NCBI GenBank assembly: GCA_963826825.1
Contig: CAWGYV010000009.1
Span: 151,036 to 215,035, forward strand
DNA from: an uncultured Acidimicrobiia bacterium
Lineage (GTDB): Bacteria > Actinomycetota > Acidimicrobiia > Spongiisociales > DATADW01
Length of the DNA: 64,000 bases
Direction: 5' to 3'
In this document: piece by piece, positions 1 through 10,691 of the stretch
How positions within the stretch are numbered: position 1 is the stretch's first letter
Layout: each line of letters starts with the position of its first letter
The notes under the pieces: generated by a model
The model's input: only the letters and a program-made list of their open reading frames with translations
Told to the model about the DNA's origin: nothing
The model's database searches: none
Translations under genes and position numbers: made by a program

Positions 1-642
1 GCTTGTTGCTCGGTCCGTTCCTGGGAAAGACGACAAGAAGTCGGCCCGGGCGGTCGCGGCCTCGTCGCGTTCCCAGCACCCGACGACATGATCGTTGACC
101 ACTCCCATGGATTGCATGAACGCGTACACGGTCGTCGGTCCGACAAACGACCAGCCGCGTCGTTTCAGATCCCGGCTCATCTCGATGGACTCGGGCGAGG
201 TGGAGCGGAGGCTCGGTGTCGTCTCGGTAACCGGCGGGGCGTAGCGCCATACGTACGAGGCGAGCGAGCCCTCCTCCTCGATCAACCGCAGCGCTAGGGC
301 GGCGTTGCCGATGACCGCGGTGATCTTGCCGCGGTGACGGACGATCCCCTTGTCGTCGAGAAGACGGGACACGTCGGCCTCGCCGAAGCCGGCGACTGTG
401 GCGATGTCGAAATCGTCGAAGGCGGCTCGGAAGGCGGGCCTCTTGCGCAGGATGGTGAGCCAGGACAATCCCGCCTGGAAACCCTCGAGGCTCAGTTTCT
501 CGAAGAGAAGACGGTCGTCGCCGACCGGGCGGCCCCACTCATCGTCGTGGTAGACGATGTACTCGGGTGGGCTTGCTCCCCACCAGCAGCGCGCCTTGCC
601 GTCGGCGCCGAGTACGGCTGCACCAACGTCGACTTCGGCCAT
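1..642 (-). CDS. tag: DNA-3-methyladenine glycosylase I; the C-terminal end runs off the window start
   Basis: Reverse translation from the ATG at 642-640 gives MAEVDVGAAVLGADGKARCWWGASPPEYIVYHDDEWGRPVGDDRLLFEKLSLEGFQAGLSWLTILRKRPAFRAAFDDFD...IVRHRGKITAVIGNA, the canonical Tag core. The frame stays open to base 1, so it is absent from the ORF track. Confidence 0.85.
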   Translation of the reverse strand, partial: MAEVDVGAAVLGADGKARCWWGASPPEYIVYHDDEWGRPVGDDRLLFEKLSLEGFQAGLSWLTILRKRPAFRAAFDDFDIATVAGFGEADVSRLLDDKGIVRHRGKITAVIGNAALALRLIEEEGSLASYVWRYAPPVTETTPSLRSTSPESIEMSRDLKRRGWSFVGPTTVYAFMQSMGVVNDHVVGCWERDEAATARADFLSSFPGTDRATS

Positions 643-653
643 GGCGGAATCCT

Positions 654-1429
654 ATGACCAACCCGTACGATTCGAGGATGGTCGACGGACCGGTGCAACC
701 CCTCCCTGCGCTCTACGAGCGGCTCGCCGAGTGGTGGCCGTTGTTCAGCCATCCTGATGACTACTTCGAGGAAGCGACCTTCTACGCCACGTTGCTCGCG
801 GACGGGTCACGGAGCAGGCGCAAGGTGCTCGAGTTGGGGAGCGGCGGCGGCAACAACGCTTTCCACCTGAGGCGGCACTTCGATATGACCTTGGTGGACC
901 TGTCGCCGGCGATGATCGAGGTGAGTCGGGCGCTGAATCCCGATTGCGAGCACGTCGTCGGCGACATGAGGACGGCAAGGCTCGGCGAGGCACTTCGATG
1001 CGGTCTTCGTACACGATGCCGTCATGTACCTCACCACCGAGGAGGACCTGCGAGCCACGATGGAGACCGCTCGCACTCATTGTTCACCCGGCGGCGTTGC
1101 GCTTTTCGTACCCGACCGGACCAGGGAGAGTCTCCGACCATCCACAGATCACGGCGGGCACGACGGCGAGGGGCGGGCCCTCAGATACCTGGAATGGACG
1201 TGGGATCCGGATCCGCGCGACCAGCAGTACGTCATGGACTTCGCCATCCTCCTCACGTGCCGGGGATGGCAGCGTTCGGATCGAGCAGGATCGCCACTTC
1301 CTGGGTGTCTTCCCCCGTGCCACCTGGCTTCGGCTGCTCGAAGAAGTGGGTTTCAAGGCGTCGGCCGTCGAGGTCCCCGACTCGGGTGAATGGCCCGAGG
1401 GTGCCGAGGTGTTTCTGGGACGCTGCTGA
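654..1429 (+). CDS. class I SAM-dependent methyltransferase, interrupted by two +1 frameshifts (about 990 and 1265)
   Basis: The ATG at 654 gives MTNPYD...VLELGSGGGNNAFHL...LVDLSPAMIEV...GDMRTARLGE. The protein continues in the frame of ORF 1024..1389 (HFDAVFVHDAVMYLTTEEDL...) and then of ORF 944..1429 (DGSVRIEQDRHFLGVFPRATWLRLLEEVGF). Removing one G from gagGcac and one from cgGGGat restores a single ORF. Confidence 0.8.
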
Positions 1430-1502
1430 CTGTGTGAACCATGGCGAAACTCGGGCCTAGGCGGTCCCGGTAGGTCCGTTCCGGCCGTAGATTTGTATTG
1501 CC

Positions 1503-3063
1503 ATGGCCACGACCGAAATACCTGTCGCTCCACCTCTGCCGGTGACCTCGAACCGCGGACGCCAAGCCATCTCCGGCCTGGTGGCGGCGTTGGCCGCCCT
1601 GGGCGCCGCCGAATTGGTGGCAGGGATGCTCACCGAGGTCCCTTCGCTGCTCGATGCCGTTGGGACATTCGTGATCGACACGGTGCCGCCTGGGGTGAAG
1701 GACGCCGCCATCGCCATCTTCGGCACCAACGACAAAACGGCCCTCCTCGTGGGATCGGTACTCATCATCTCCGGCATCGGTGCGGTGGTCGGGTTGTTGG
1801 CCGCTCGCTGGATGGGATGGGGGATCATCGCCTTCGCCGTTTTCGGGGTGGCAGGGGCGCTGGCTGCGATGCGGCTACCGGACGTGCCTTTGTTTGGCGT
1901 CTGGATCACGGCGATCGTCGCCGCTCTTGTAGGCACGACCGTCCTCGCCGGTCTGTTGCGGCTGGCCACCGCGACCGTCGCCCCAGGCGCGGACAGTGGA
2001 AGGCGGGCATTCATACTCGCCGCCGGCTCGGTGGTGGCGCTGGCTGCGCTGGCTGCTGCCGGCGGGCGCCTCCTCGCCGACCGGGCCCGACGAATGCTCG
2101 CCGGCAGGGAGGATGTGGTCCTGCCGGCGGCGACTGAGACAGTCGCCCCGCCCCCGGCCGAGACGTCGTTCCAGGTCGAGGGACTCTCTCCATTGGTCAC
2201 ACCCAATCCCGACTTCTACCGGATCGACACCGCGCTCACCGTGCCGAGAGTCGATCTGACGTCATGGCGACTCGGGTTCACCGGGATGGTGAGTCGCCCC
2301 TTCGAGATCGACTTCTCCGAATTGATCGAAATGCCCATGGTGGAGCGGCACATCACCATCGCCTGCGTCAGCAACGAGGTCGGCGGCAACCTGATCGGCA
2401 CGGCGAAGTGGCTGGGCGTCCCGCTTCAGGTGCTGCTCGAACGCGCTGAGCTGCAGCCCGGGGCTACCCAGATCGTGGGTCGTTCCGCCGATGGCTTCAC
2501 CGTCGGCTTCCCCACCGAAGCGGCGCTCGACGGGCGGGACGCATTGGTTGCGGTGGGGATGAACGATGAGCCGCTCCCCTTCGAGCACGGGTTCCCCGCC
2601 CGGTTGATCGTCGCCGGGCTGTACGGGTACGTGTCGGCCACCAAGTGGCTGACCGAGGTCGAGCTCACCTCCTGGGATGCCTTTGATGCCTATTGGGTAC
2701 CGCGTGGTTGGGCCAAGGAGGCCCCGATCAAGACCCAGTCACGCATCGATGTCCCGGTGGACCGGAGCCAGCATTCGTCCCGGCCAAAAGGTGATAGCCG
2801 GTGTCGCCTGGGCGCCGACCCGCGGGATCAGCGGTGTCGAGGTGAGGGTCGACGGCGGGCAATGGCAGCCCGCCGAGCTCGCCGCCGAGTTGGTCGACAC
2901 GACATGGCGGCAGTGGCAGATGCCATGGGAAGCAACTTCAGGACGGCACTCGATCATGGTCCGGGCCACCGACGGCAACGGTGACACCCAAACCGATGAA
3001 GTTGCACCCCCAGCCCCCGACGGTGCGACCGGATACCACTCGATCGTGTTCGGCGTGGAGTAG
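1503..3063 (+). CDS. molybdopterin-dependent oxidoreductase (sulfite-oxidase/YedY-type catalytic domain) with an N-terminal multi-TM region; +1 frameshift near 2760
   Basis: ORF 1503..2984 contains FYRIDTAL...ITIACVSNEVGG...GMNDEPLPFEHGFPARLIVAGLYGYVSATKWL. The C-terminal Ig-like dimerisation part (GISGVEVRVDGGQWQPA...WEATSGRHSIMVRATD) is in the frame of ORF 2677..3063. Confidence 0.85.
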
Positions 3064-3076
3064 GACGGGAGACCGC

Positions 3077-3252
3077 CTCCCCCATAGGAATCGATTCCCT
3101 CGCACGGGGGGAGTACCCGACGCCGCAGGCGTCGGGGGAGGGGGAATGGCGAACTCCCAACGGTGCGAAAGCCGCGCCAAGATCACTCTTTGGAAGCTCG
3201 TGCTCCCCACCGCTGCTTCGCAGCGGGTCCCTCCCCCCTTCGGGGGGACGGA
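3077..3252. terminator. cluster of four GC-rich hairpins between convergent genes
   Basis: Stems: ctccccc...gggggag (3077-3113) enclosing the perfect palindrome GGAATCGATTCC (3087-3098); cccgacgcc/ggcgtcggg (3116-3136); ccgctgc/gcagcgg (3210-3226); tcc-tcccccc/gggggga-gga (3228-3252). No U-tracts follow. Confidence 0.55.
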
Positions 3253-3276
3253 AGCAATTGGCCGCAAGGCGGATCC

Positions 3277-4744
3277 CTACCCCCCGGTTACCGGGGTGGT
3301 GCTGCGGGCGTAGGCGAGAACCGCAGCAGCGACGGCGTCGGAGTTGAGGTCGAGCACTTCGAGCGACACGTTGTCGAAGGTGTCGCATGCCTCGTGGTAG
3401 CAGGGGTCGTATTGCTCGCCGACCTGACCGCCGTAGACCGCCGCCTGCTCCGCCGTCTTGATCCCCTCGGCACCGGTGAACAGCCCACCAAAGGGGATTC
3501 CGGCATTGAAGAAGGCGGCGTAGTCGGAGCGGAAGCTGATCTCGGACGGTTCCGAGGCGAGCCCCCGATCGGCGTAGAAGTCCTCGAAGAAGGCCTCGAT
3601 GGCCTCCGACCCCGGGGGTCCGGCGAGCCCGAAGGCGGAGCCGTCGCCGTCGTAGATGAACCGGACGTAGTTGGGGGATCCGACCATGTCGAAGTTCAGG
3701 TAGAGGGCGATCCGATCGAGCTGGCCCGGAGCCAGGTTGGCGACGTAATAGTTCGACCCGATGAGGTTTGACTCCTCTGCGCTCCACCAGGCGAAGCGCA
3801 GCTTGTTTCGGGGGTTGATCCGGCGCATCTGCTCCGCCACCTCGAGCAGGGCGGCCGACCCGCTCCCGTTGTCGTTGATCCCGGGCCCGGCCGCAACCGA
3901 GTCGAGGTGCGCGCCCGCCATGACGACGTTCTCCGGATTGCCACCCCGCGACTCGGCGAAGACGTTCGATGTCGTCTCCGGGGCCCGGTACACGTCGGCG
4001 ACCATGTGCATCTCGAGCCCGGTGGTCTCTGACAACTCCACGCCCAATGCGTACGGGATGAGCATCACCGGGATCCCGCCGGAGTAGGCGTCGGTCAGGT
4101 TGCCGCCGAACAGACCGGTGCGGTCCTCGGTGTTGCCCTGGTTGAAGATGATCACACCGATCGCACCCGCTGCGGCGGCGTTCTCCGCCTTGAGCTGGAA
4201 GGTGCAGGTTCCTCGCTGGATGAGGGCGATGTTCCCGGCGGGGAAGTTGGCGAAGTCCTCGGTCTCGCAACCGCTCGTCGTCGTGTTCCCAAGCCCGAGT
4301 TGGAGGTCGACCGCAGTCACGGGTCCGGCCACGTCGCCCGGCTCGGTCTGTTGTGCCAGTTGGTAATCCACTCCCTCGACGTAAGTGACCTGCTCCGGCG
4401 ATGTCTGTTCGAGGGTGGAGGGGCCCAGCGGGTATGAAGGCGACGAACTCGAACTCCTGGATGGTGACCCGGTAGCCGGCGCGTCGCATACGGGTGGCGA
4501 CGTAGTCGGCCGACTCGTCGTAGCCGTCGAATCCGGCGACCCGGGTTCCGCCGTTGGCGTCTGCGATCTCCTGGAAGGCGGCCTGGTGCTCCCGCACTCC
4601 CTCGACCGTCACGCACTCGAGGAGCCTCTCTGTCGTGTTGTTCGGTCTGCGGTCGCACACCGCCGGTGTCACCTGCGCCGAGGCCGGAACCGCAGTCAAC
4701 AAGAAGAGGACCACGGTCAGAGCTGCAACGGCCTTGGATCGCAT
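3277..4744 (-). CDS. secreted M28-family aminopeptidase with a PA domain; +1 frameshift near 4429
   Basis: The signal peptide and N-terminus (MRSKAVAALTVVLFLLTAVPASAQ...AGYRVTIQEFEF) lie in the frame of ORF 2954..4744. The PA and M28 domains (GAHLDSVAAGPGINDNGSGSAALLE...WWSAEESNLIGS) lie in ORF 3277..4371. Confidence 0.85.
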
Positions 4745-4859
4745 GATGCCCCCTCAGGGTCGGGTCACGGGCTGTTGTCGATCCTACCGGACTGTCGCCG
4801 GCGCCCGCTGGGCGGGTACCACTCTCGAGCAGTGACCGGGGTTAGGATCGGTCACCGCC

Positions 4860-5684
4860 GTGCTCACCATCGCCCAGTTGTCCGACATCCACTGCGGCTC
4901 CCAGTATTTCGACCCCGACCTGCTCCGTCACGCCGTCGAGGAGATCCTCGCCCTCCAACCCGACATGGTCGTCGTCGCCGGCGACCTCACCCAGGAGGGC
5001 TACGCCAACGAGTTCCAGATGGCTCGTGACGCGCTGCGTCCCCTGGTCGACGAATTGCTCACCGTGGTCGTCCCCGGCAACCACGATGCCAAGAACGTCG
5101 GATATGTCCATTTCGAGGACCATTTCGGCAAGGGCGACGCCGGAAACGACGTGGTCGTTGACCTGGCCAGGGGTATCGAGCCGGAGCGGGTGACGCTGGT
5201 TGCCGTGGACAGCTCCAAGCCCGACCTCGCCGAGGGAGAGGTGGGGAGGGTCCGCTACCCCTGGATCCGCGAGCAGTTCACCACGCCTTCGGACCTGCGC
5301 ATATTCGCCCTCCATCACCACCTGGTGCCGGTCCCGGGGACGGGGCGGGAGCGCAACACCGTGTGGGATGCCGGCGATGTGCTGGCGGTGCTCGAGGAGA
5401 GCGAGGTCGATCTGGTCCTGTGTGGCCACAAGCACGTGCCCCACATCTGGGTGGTTGACGGGATCATGGTGGTCAACAGCGGGACGGTCTCGTCCTTCCG
5501 GCTCCGCGGTTACACCAGACCGTCGTACAACGTGGTCACCGTCGATTCCGAGGCCATCTCGGTGACGCTGATGTACCCGGGCAGCGGCGAGAAGCTGGCC
5601 GCCAGGTACGACCGAAACACACGGGTACTCGACCGCAATCCCGAGTTGGCAGGCATGTTCTCCAAGTCCAGTTGGGGCTGGTGA
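4860..5684 (+). CDS. metallophosphoesterase (calcineurin-like phosphoesterase)
   Basis: Intact ORF with the motifs LSDIHCG, AGDLTQEG, GNHD and GHKHVPH. Confidence 0.85.
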   Translation: MLTIAQLSDIHCGSQYFDPDLLRHAVEEILALQPDMVVVAGDLTQEGYANEFQMARDALRPLVDELLTVVVPGNHDAKNVGYVHFEDHFGKGDAGNDVVVDLARGIEPERVTLVAVDSSKPDLAEGEVGRVRYPWIREQFTTPSDLRIFALHHHLVPVPGTGRERNTVWDAGDVLAVLEESEVDLVLCGHKHVPHIWVVDGIMVVNSGTVSSFRLRGYTRPSYNVVTVDSEAISVTLMYPGSGEKLAARYDRNTRVLDRNPELAGMFSKSSWGW

Positions 5685-5986
5685 GCTACATCCGCTTCTT
5701 CCTCTCTGCGGTCTCCCCCGACGATGTCGAGGAGGTCGTCAGCCTCTTCGAGGCGGACGTCGTCCCCGCCTTCCGCGATCATCCCGACTGCCTCGGGATC
5801 GACCTGGTGATCGCAGAGGAGGCCGGGGTGAGCGGACTGGTCGAGGGTGGGGTGGTCACCCGCTGGACATCGGTGGAGGCCATGGAGGCCGCTCTCGACT
5901 CCCCGGCACTCGTCGGTAGCCAGGAACGCGTGCGGGGCATGCTCCGCCGCGAGCCGATCCGCAAGATCTACCGCGTGCTCGGCTGA
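5672..5986 (+). CDS. small ABM/Dabb-fold (antibiotic biosynthesis monooxygenase-like) protein
   Basis: 104-aa ORF with an ABM-like pattern (IRFFL..V.P..VEEV..LF...V.PAFRDHPDCLG..L......WTSVEAMEAAL). The start could be the GTG at 5681, overlapping the upstream stop. Confidence 0.5.
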   Translation: MGLVSYIRFFLSAVSPDDVEEVVSLFEADVVPAFRDHPDCLGIDLVIAEEAGVSGLVEGGVVTRWTSVEAMEAALDSPALVGSQERVRGMLRREPIRKIYRVLG

Positions 5987-7277
5987 GGCTCCCGGGGCGA
6001 GGCCAGCCGCTGCTTCCAATACGCCGGCCAGTGTCTCCATGCCGCCGTCGATCTCGACGACGTTGTGCAGCAGCCCGACCTCGATCCCGGCCGCGATCCG
6101 CCCAGGGGAGCACCACATCGGCTGCTGCGGCCTTCACCTCGGTGAGCACCAGATCGCACGGGGGAGTGGCTTCGAGGTCGGCAAGAAGGCGGTCGCGCCT
6201 CGAGAGGGTGTGGACCACGGAGACCGCCGCCGCACCGAGGCCGCGCAACTGGGCGGCCAACTCTTCGCCGGCGGTTTCTGGGGCGGTGGTGGCCACGATC
6301 AGCCGTCGGCCTTCCACCGGCACCGTCGGTTCGACCCGGTAGCGACCCTCGAAGATCGCCGCTCCCGGCGATACCCGGCGGACGGTCGCTGCGGCCGGGC
6401 CGCCGTCGTTCACCACGACGACGGCGTCGGCCAGCGCCAACCTGAAAGGGCCCAGGTAGCCGGTGATGTACTCGGGATCGAGCCGGGACCGCATCACCAG
6501 GACGCTCGCATCCGAGTGCGCCGGGGGGAGGGCGGTCCCGCTCCCCTCGAAGATGAGCAGCCCGGGGTCGAGGAGGTCCGCCGCGGCCACCCCTGCGGCG
6601 AACGTGTCGGCGACGGTGACCCCGGCAGGGCCGGCGCCGATACGCCTCGTCCCGACGGTGGGGACCCCGGCGAAAATGGCGTCCTCGACATAGTCAGAAG
6701 CGGCGTGGAGCCCGCGGCTCGCCAATGAGCGGAGCGCCTCGACGCCATCACCGAGATCTGTGGGGTCGAGGACTACGGGCGCCGCCGGTCCGCCGCGTCC
6801 CATCGTGACCACAACCGGATTTCTGCCCGTGCCCGACCAGTGGCGCGCCAGGGCGATCGACACCGCCGTCTTGCCCGTTCGCTTCCCAGTGCCCACCACC
6901 GCCACCGACGGTGTTGCCGTCAGCCGGGGCATGGGGGGAGGGTCGAACCGGAAGCCCCCACCGGCGTAGGCGACACCGGCGGCGAGAGCCACCCCGAGCA
7001 GGGCGAAGCGGGCCCGGTGATCGAGCACCGGTTCGTCGCTCATGTCGAAGACGATCTCGGGTCGGTAGTGCGCGATCAGGTCATCGAGGGTCTGCATCGG
7101 GTCGCCGGTGTGGACCGGGATCACAAGGTCGGGGGGGCCCGCCGTCTTCTCAGATCCACCCAGGAACAACGCGGCCACCGGCACCATGCCTCGTCGCTCC
7201 AACTCGGCCAGGCCGTCGAGCACCACAGATGGATGGTGCTCTCCGTCGATGAGGATCAGGGCCCGGGCGGGCGTCAC
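5968..7277 (-). CDS. cyclic 2,3-diphosphoglycerate synthetase-like protein; +1 frameshift near 6110 and probably another near 6000
   Basis: A GTG start overlaps the upstream stop (GTGA). The sequence has MTPARALILIDGEHHPSVV, the P-loop VVGTGKRTGKTAVS and TEVKAAA. The C-terminus continues in the frame of ORF 5510..6118 (GRIAAGIEVGLLHNVVEIDGG) and probably then in the frame of ORF 5968..6159. The exact 3' end is uncertain. Confidence 0.7.
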
Positions 7278-8218
7278 CCGGCGACGACCACCTGGTTCTC
7301 CCCGGTGATGCTGGTCACCTCTGCCACCACCAGATCGAGTACCTGTTGGATCGCCTCGTCGAGGTCGGCTGCGTCCACGAGTGAGAACCCGTGGGCCAGG
7401 GCCAAATCCTCCAGGTGGGCCTGGATCCTCCGGATCTCACCGAGGTTTCTCAGGTAGCGCTCCGGGCGGCGGCCATGCTCGCTCTCCAGGCGACCGATGA
7501 AGTGGGCCCTGTGCACCGAGGCATCTCTCAGGGTGAGCAGGACCTTCACCACCGCCGCTTCGAGGCGGAAGCGATGGAGCATCTCCTCGTCGAGCATCCC
7601 CGGCACGAGGTGGATCCCCTCGACGATGGAGTCCTTGTGCTCGGCGATCATCCTCCCCACCAGACCGTCGATCCCGGTCGCAACCGATCGGCTCTGGCGG
7701 AGGAAGCCGTCGATCAGTTGGTCCGACCCCCCGCCCACCTCGAACGAAGACGAGTGCAGCTCCGGCGCCTGCAGGGCAGGCATGAAGGTGCGCATCACCT
7801 CGCGCACGGTGTCGGTGGGAATGACCCTGGTGATGCCCAAGCGGGCCGCCAGCTTGGTGGCGACCGTCGACTTGCCCACGCCGGTGGCGCCGCCGATGAG
7901 GACCACGATGGGGCGTGGGGAGCGCTTCGCCGCTCTCCATGCAAGATAACGGCGCGCAATGTGGTCGCCCTCATGTCGGAGCAAGACGTTGCCGGCGATA
8001 CCGGAGAGCGTGTCGGCATCTACCGAGTCCCGTCCCAGGTAGAGCAGGTCGTGCTCGATCAACTCGGCGAGGTCGAAGGCACGGCCAGGCGGGATGCCCG
8101 TGGCCATTATCGAAGCGGCCATCAACCCTTTCGAGTAGGGCAGGTTGGCGCCCTCGCGATCGGCGACCAAGACGCGCCGTCGCACTTGCCCGTTGATGTC
8201 GGCTCTCCGGTGCGGCAT
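7274..8218 (-). CDS. 2-phosphoglycerate kinase-like protein (ATP-cone plus P-loop kinase)
   Basis: Intact 314-aa ORF. It has an N-terminal ATP-cone-like segment (RRVLVADREGANLPYSKGLMAASI), then LIGGATGVGKSTVATKLAARLGITRVIPTDTVREVMR and IVEGIHLVPG. Confidence 0.75.
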   Translation of the reverse strand: MPHRRADINGQVRRRVLVADREGANLPYSKGLMAASIMATGIPPGRAFDLAELIEHDLLYLGRDSVDADTLSGIAGNVLLRHEGDHIARRYLAWRAAKRSPRPIVVLIGGATGVGKSTVATKLAARLGITRVIPTDTVREVMRTFMPALQAPELHSSSFEVGGGSDQLIDGFLRQSRSVATGIDGLVGRMIAEHKDSIVEGIHLVPGMLDEEMLHRFRLEAAVVKVLLTLRDASVHRAHFIGRLESEHGRRPERYLRNLGEIRRIQAHLEDLALAHGFSLVDAADLDEAIQQVLDLVVAEVTSITGENQVVVAG

Positions 8219-8510
8219 GTCCTCCGCCCCCTCATGTCGGCCGGTCCCAGACCGGCGATCCGCGGAGAGCCAGCGAACTGGCCTCCTTCCTGCTGCCTAC
8301 GGGGTTAGCTGACGGGCTCGGGCCGGAAGGCGCCCTACCCGGTGTACCCGGGATTCGCCCCATGAGATTGGGTCCCCCGCCCCGATCGCACCCGACCGGG
8401 CTCGGCGTGACGGAGAGAATACCGAAATTTGGAGGTATGCGGACCCGGCGGCCGAAAAATTTGCCGCCCGCGGCGTCGGGCGGGATGGTCCGACCGACCA
8501 GAATCCCAGC

Positions 8511-10223
8511 GTGCGACCCGATCTCCACCTCGACGATGGCGACGTCGGTCTGCTCGACGGTGACCGGGGTGAGGGGGCGCGAATCGCCATGGAACTGGTC
8601 GTCGGAGCGGCCAAGGCCGTTGGTGCGGATCGACTGCTCGACATCAGCGGAGCGCACGTCGATGGGTGCCTCTACCACGGTCAGGCGGGTCTCGACTTCG
8701 CCCAACGGCTCGTCGGATCCGGTGCCAGGGTGGCCGTGCCCACCACCCTCAACGTGTCAACGCTCGACCTGCTCCATCCCGAGCGCTTTCGGGGGGATCC
8801 GGAATTGGCTGCGCAGGCCCGCAGGCTCATGGATGCCTACGTGGAGATGGGCTGCCGTCCTACCTGGACCTGTTCCCCATACCAGTTGATCGAGCGTCCT
8901 TCGTTCGGAGACCAGGTTGCCTGGGCCGAGTCGAACGCGATCGTTTTCGCCAACAGCGTCCTCGGGGCTCGTACCGGTCGTTACGGAGACTTCATCGACA
9001 TATGCGCCGCAATCACCGGTCGGGCCCCTGCCGCCGGGCTTCATCTCGACGCCGGGCGGCGAGCCCGTCTCGTGGTGCGTCTCGATGGCGTCCCCGACGA
9101 CTGGTTGGCCGATGACGCCCTCTATCCGGTGCTTGGTCATCTCCTCGGCCGGGTGGCGGGGTCGAGAGTCCCGGTGTTGGTCGGTCTCCCCCCCGAGACC
9201 GACGAGGACCGGTTGAAGGCGCTCGGTGCCGCCGCGGCATCGGCGGGCTCGGTGGCGATGTTCCATGCCGTGGGGGTGACTCCCGAGGCGTCCACCCTCG
9301 AAGACGCCCTCGGGGACCTCGAGCCCGAGTCCGAGGTGCTCGTCGATCCAGCATTGCTCTCGGCGGCCGCCGCCGAGCTCTCAACCACAAGCGGGGGGCG
9401 GCTCGATGCGGTGTGCCTGGGCACACCTCACGCTTCGAGGGCCGAGCTCGCCGAGCTCGCCGGGATGCTTGGTGGCCACAAGGTACGAGTCGACACCTAT
9501 GTCAACGCCGGTCGCGGAGACATCTCAGCTGCCCGATCACACGTCGAGATCCTCGAGGCCGCCGGAGTCCGGTTGGTCAGCGACACCTGCACCTATATCA
9601 CCCCGATTCTCGACCCCGCGGCGAGGGTGGTGATGACCGACTCGGCCAAATGGGCCTGGTACGCCCCGGCCAATCTCGGAGTGGAGGTGATGTTCGGCTC
9701 GCGCCGCGACTGCGTCGCCTCGGCGATAGCAGGCGAGGTTCGCCGGGAGTCTCCACTCCGGCCCGGCGGCGGTCCGATCCGTTGGGAGGAGTTCGCCCTG
9801 ACCGATCAACAGGAGTCTGCCCGTGCCGTCCTCGTTCCGGGAAGGGCCGGCGGCCCGGCTCTGCCCCTCCACCAGCCACTCTCGTTCTGGGGTGGAGTCG
9901 ACCCCACCGTGGGGCGGATCATCGATCCCCATCACCCCCAGTTGGGAGAGTCCGTCACCGGCCGGGTATTGGTCATGCCCGCCGGGCGCGGGTCCAGCTC
10001 GTCGTCGAGCGTCCTCGCCGAGTCGCTCCGGCTCGGTACCGGTCCGGCGGCGATCGTCCTATCCGAGCGGGACGTCATCATCGCCGTCGGGGCGATCGCC
10101 GCCTTCGAGCTCTATGGGGTGGTCTGCCCGGTTGTGGTCGTCGCCCCCGAGGAGGCGCCCCTTGTATCAGGGGTGCCGGTTGCGGTTGTGGCAGGCGACG
10201 GTGAGTTGAACGTCGTCTGGTAG
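8511..10223 (+). CDS. fused aconitase X (DUF521 large domain plus DUF126 swivel domain)
   Basis: Intact 570-aa ORF. It contains LLDISGAHVDGCLY, WAESNAIVFANSVLGARTGRYG and TDSAKWAWYAP, followed by the DUF126-like tail LSFWGGVDP..G.I.D..HP..G.S..G..LVMP.GRGSSSSS. Confidence 0.8.
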   Translation: MRPDLHLDDGDVGLLDGDRGEGARIAMELVVGAAKAVGADRLLDISGAHVDGCLYHGQAGLDFAQRLVGSGARVAVPTTLNVSTLDLLHPERFRGDPELAAQARRLMDAYVEMGCRPTWTCSPYQLIERPSFGDQVAWAESNAIVFANSVLGARTGRYGDFIDICAAITGRAPAAGLHLDAGRRARLVVRLDGVPDDWLADDALYPVLGHLLGRVAGSRVPVLVGLPPETDEDRLKALGAAAASAGSVAMFHAVGVTPEASTLEDALGDLEPESEVLVDPALLSAAAAELSTTSGGRLDAVCLGTPHASRAELAELAGMLGGHKVRVDTYVNAGRGDISAARSHVEILEAAGVRLVSDTCTYITPILDPAARVVMTDSAKWAWYAPANLGVEVMFGSRRDCVASAIAGEVRRESPLRPGGGPIRWEEFALTDQQESARAVLVPGRAGGPALPLHQPLSFWGGVDPTVGRIIDPHHPQLGESVTGRVLVMPAGRGSSSSSSVLAESLRLGTGPAAIVLSERDVIIAVGAIAAFELYGVVCPVVVVAPEEAPLVSGVPVAVVAGDGELNVVW

Positions 10224-10691
10224 CCGCCGAGGAGCTCGCCGAACCGGTCGTCCCAGTCCAAGGATCTCCCCTCGATCGCGGCCCCGAGCAGATCGAGATA
10301 GGCGTGCCACCCGGCGCCGTAGCCGGGAGCCTGGCCGACGCCGAGCAGGCGGTGGGTGAGGGTCAAGACGGTGCGGTCGCCTTCGGCCCGCAGTTCGAAA
10401 CGCACCACGCTGTCGGGCTCACCGGGGAAGCGCCACTCGTACTCGATGAGGTGGGGCGCCTCGAGCCGCTGGATCCGTCCCGTGGACAAGCCCGTCATCG
10501 GTCTCGTCGAAACGATGCTCGACGGTTCCCCCCACCCGAAGGTCGATCTTGGTAGCTGCCAGCCATCGCTCGAGTCGGTCCGCCTCGGTGAGCCATCGCC
10601 AGGTCTCGGCGATGTCGGCGTCGACGCTCCGTTCGAACCGAACGGTGGCGTGTTGCGGATCACGCTCGATGAATGTCCCGTGGTCGCTCAT
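10112..10691 (-). CDS. SRPBCC/AHSA1-family protein; +1 frameshift near 10490, 3' end uncertain
   Basis: The N-terminus (MSDHGTFIERDPQHATVRFERSVDADIAETWRWLTEADRLERW) is in ORF 10419..10691. The rest (RIQRLEAPHLIEYEWRFPGEPDSVVRFELRAEGDRTVLTLTH...) is in ORF 10112..10663. The start overlaps the arsR stop by 4 nt. Confidence 0.7.

Noticed and set aside
3120-3210. A possible small RNA gene in the 213-nt gap between the Mo-oxidoreductase and the aminopeptidase.
   Set aside because: I recognised no match to SRP, 6S, tmRNA, RNase P or tRNA signatures. The gap is accounted for by four terminator-like hairpins between convergent genes.
8232-8705. A 157-aa minus-strand ORF between the 2PGK gene and the aconitase-X gene.
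   Set aside because: It overlaps the conserved N-terminus of aconitase X on the opposite strand and has no recognisable family features.
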